Of a stretch of DNA of 48,904 bases, positions 43,802 to 48,904 are shown piece after piece (positions within the stretch are counted from its first letter, which is position 1; every line of letters begins with the position of its first letter). The position numbers and the translations under genes are program-made. Under the pieces are notes generated by a model, which was not told the DNA's origin, made no database searches, and worked only from the letters and a program-made list of their open reading frames with translations. The stretch is from Armatimonadota bacterium (GTDB lineage Bacteria > Sysuimicrobiota > Sysuimicrobiia > Sysuimicrobiales > Kaftiobacteriaceae). The stretch spans positions 25,165-74,068 of the forward strand of contig JBBIUY010000012.1 in NCBI GenBank assembly GCA_037440005.1, in the 5' to 3' direction.

Positions 43802-44833
43802 CTATTGTACGAAAACCCGGGCCGGGGGGCCAGCGGCCGGTTCGGGAGACCACTGCAGCAGGGGGTGCCGGCGGATGCGCGCGTCCAGCCGGTACAGCCC
43901 GACCTCCCGGGCCGCGGCCACGGCTGCGGCGAACTCGTCGGCGCTGATGCGACGGTTGATGGCGTCGTAGCGCGGGTTGGACCCCACCAGCCCCGCCGGG
44001 TAGTACTGGTCCATGATGTTGACATACGAGTGCACCGACAGCTCCCGGGCGATCCAGGCCATGATCTCCCGGGTGCCGGCGATGCCTCCCGGCATGACCA
44101 GGTGGCGGATCAGCACCCCCCGCTTGGCCAGCCCGAACTCGTCCAGCTTCAGCTCGCCCACCTGCCGGTGCATCTCGGCGATGACCCGCCGGGCCACCTC
44201 GGGGTAGTCGGGGGCCTTCATGTACAGCCGGCTCATCTCCGGGTCCCAGAACTTGAAGTCGGGCATGTAGATGTCCACGATGCCGTCCAGCAGCCGCAGG
44301 GAGTGCATCGCGTCGTAGCTGCTGGTGTTGTAGACGATGGGCAGCCGCAGCCCGCCCTCCACGGCCAGGGGCAGGGCCTCCAGGATCTGGGGCACCACGT
44401 GCTCGGGGGTGACAAAGTTGATGTTGTGGCAGCCCAGGTCCTGCAGGTGCAGCATCATGGCCGCCAGCTGCTGCGGGGTCACCACGCGACCGTGGCCCAG
44501 CTGGCTGATGTCGTAGTTCTGGCAGAACGCGCACCGCAGGTTGCACATGGAGAAGAAGATGGTGCCGCTGCCGTTCCACCCCCGCAGGCAGTCCTCCTCG
44601 CCGAAGTGGGGAAAGAAGCTGGAGACGATGGCGTACCGGCCCGTCCGGCACACGCCGATCCGGTCCTCCCACCGGTTGACGTGGCAGTCCCGGGGACAGG
44701 CCACGCAGTCCCGCAGCAGGTCCAGGGCTTCCTCGGCCCGCCGGCGGAGTTCGGCCAGCCCCAGGCGCAGGTAGCCCGGGGTGAACTCCGACGAGGGCAG
44801 GAAGAACTGGCGGGGGATGGTCCGGGTCGCCAT
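43802..44833 (-). CDS. Radical SAM protein, PflX-like (PFL-activase-related)
   Basis: CxxCPRxC N-terminal motif, GSGTIFFSMCNLRCAFCQN (CxxxCxxC), HNINFVTP and DIYMPDFK. Confidence 0.9.
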   Translation of the reverse strand: MATRTIPRQFFLPSSEFTPGYLRLGLAELRRRAEEALDLLRDCVACPRDCHVNRWEDRIGVCRTGRYAIVSSFFPHFGEEDCLRGWNGSGTIFFSMCNLRCAFCQNYDISQLGHGRVVTPQQLAAMMLHLQDLGCHNINFVTPEHVVPQILEALPLAVEGGLRLPIVYNTSSYDAMHSLRLLDGIVDIYMPDFKFWDPEMSRLYMKAPDYPEVARRVIAEMHRQVGELKLDEFGLAKRGVLIRHLVMPGGIAGTREIMAWIARELSVHSYVNIMDQYYPAGLVGSNPRYDAINRRISADEFAAAVAAAREVGLYRLDARIRRHPLLQWSPEPAAGPPARVFVQ

Positions 44834-45171
44834 ACGACCCCCTCTACGGGTGAGTATGCCACACGTCCCGCCGCCGGCAAGAGACTCCCGCCGCCGGCCA
44901 CCGGGCACCGCGCACCCCGCCCCCGGCGACCGTCCGGACGGCGGTACCCGTCCGCGGTGACAACCGACAGCGGTGACAGTCACCTTGCAGGGTAGGTAAT
45001 TTTTTTATGATTCTCACGCAGGGGGCGGCGCATAGTCGCATACTGGGGTGATCCCTCAAAGAGGGGACGTGACAGGCGGTCTCCGGTGACGTGGGCAGAA
45101 GCCCGCGCCATGGACAGGAGGGCCGTCCGGGTGCACAATGGGGTGCGCGGCGCCGTGGAAGGGGATTCCCC

Positions 45172-48904
<3,733 letters not shown>

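Noticed and set aside
45065..45135. ZTP (pfl) riboswitch suggested by cgtgacaggcg
   Set aside because: The 3' CGCCTGGG pseudoknot element is absent and the gene context is unrelated.

Overview
Very GC-rich bacterial chromosomal window; the taxon cannot be fixed from the sequence alone. It holds about 41 protein genes and four tRNA genes with encoded CCA: Lys-TTT, Glu-TTC, Val-CAC and Thr-CGT. Housekeeping-type genes include an S9 peptidase, an M19 dipeptidase, thrC, a LonC-type protease, family-5 UDG, an M29 aminopeptidase, pyk, a PflX-like radical SAM protein and a partial Lhr helicase that the ORF track misses. The main points of interest are: (1) a 16-gene, 17.4-kb minus-strand catabolic operon led by a FadR regulator. 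It has E1a/E1b/E2 but no E3, two pita-bread hydrolases with altered metal ligands, an orphan molybdo-hydroxylase large subunit and a hidden OsmC-family gene. That gene has an in-frame UGA at the catalytic Cys position followed by a SECIS-like hairpin, so it is probably a selenoprotein that the ORF track splits in two. (2) A 272-bp tandem array directly downstream of tRNA-Lys. Each unit repeats the last 33 nt of the tRNA, carries a 14-nt antisense copy of the tRNA T-arm region and is packed with hairpins. (3) A composite octamer+heptamer element present twice near tRNA promoters, with different unit counts in the two copies. No CRISPR array, integrase or transposase was seen.
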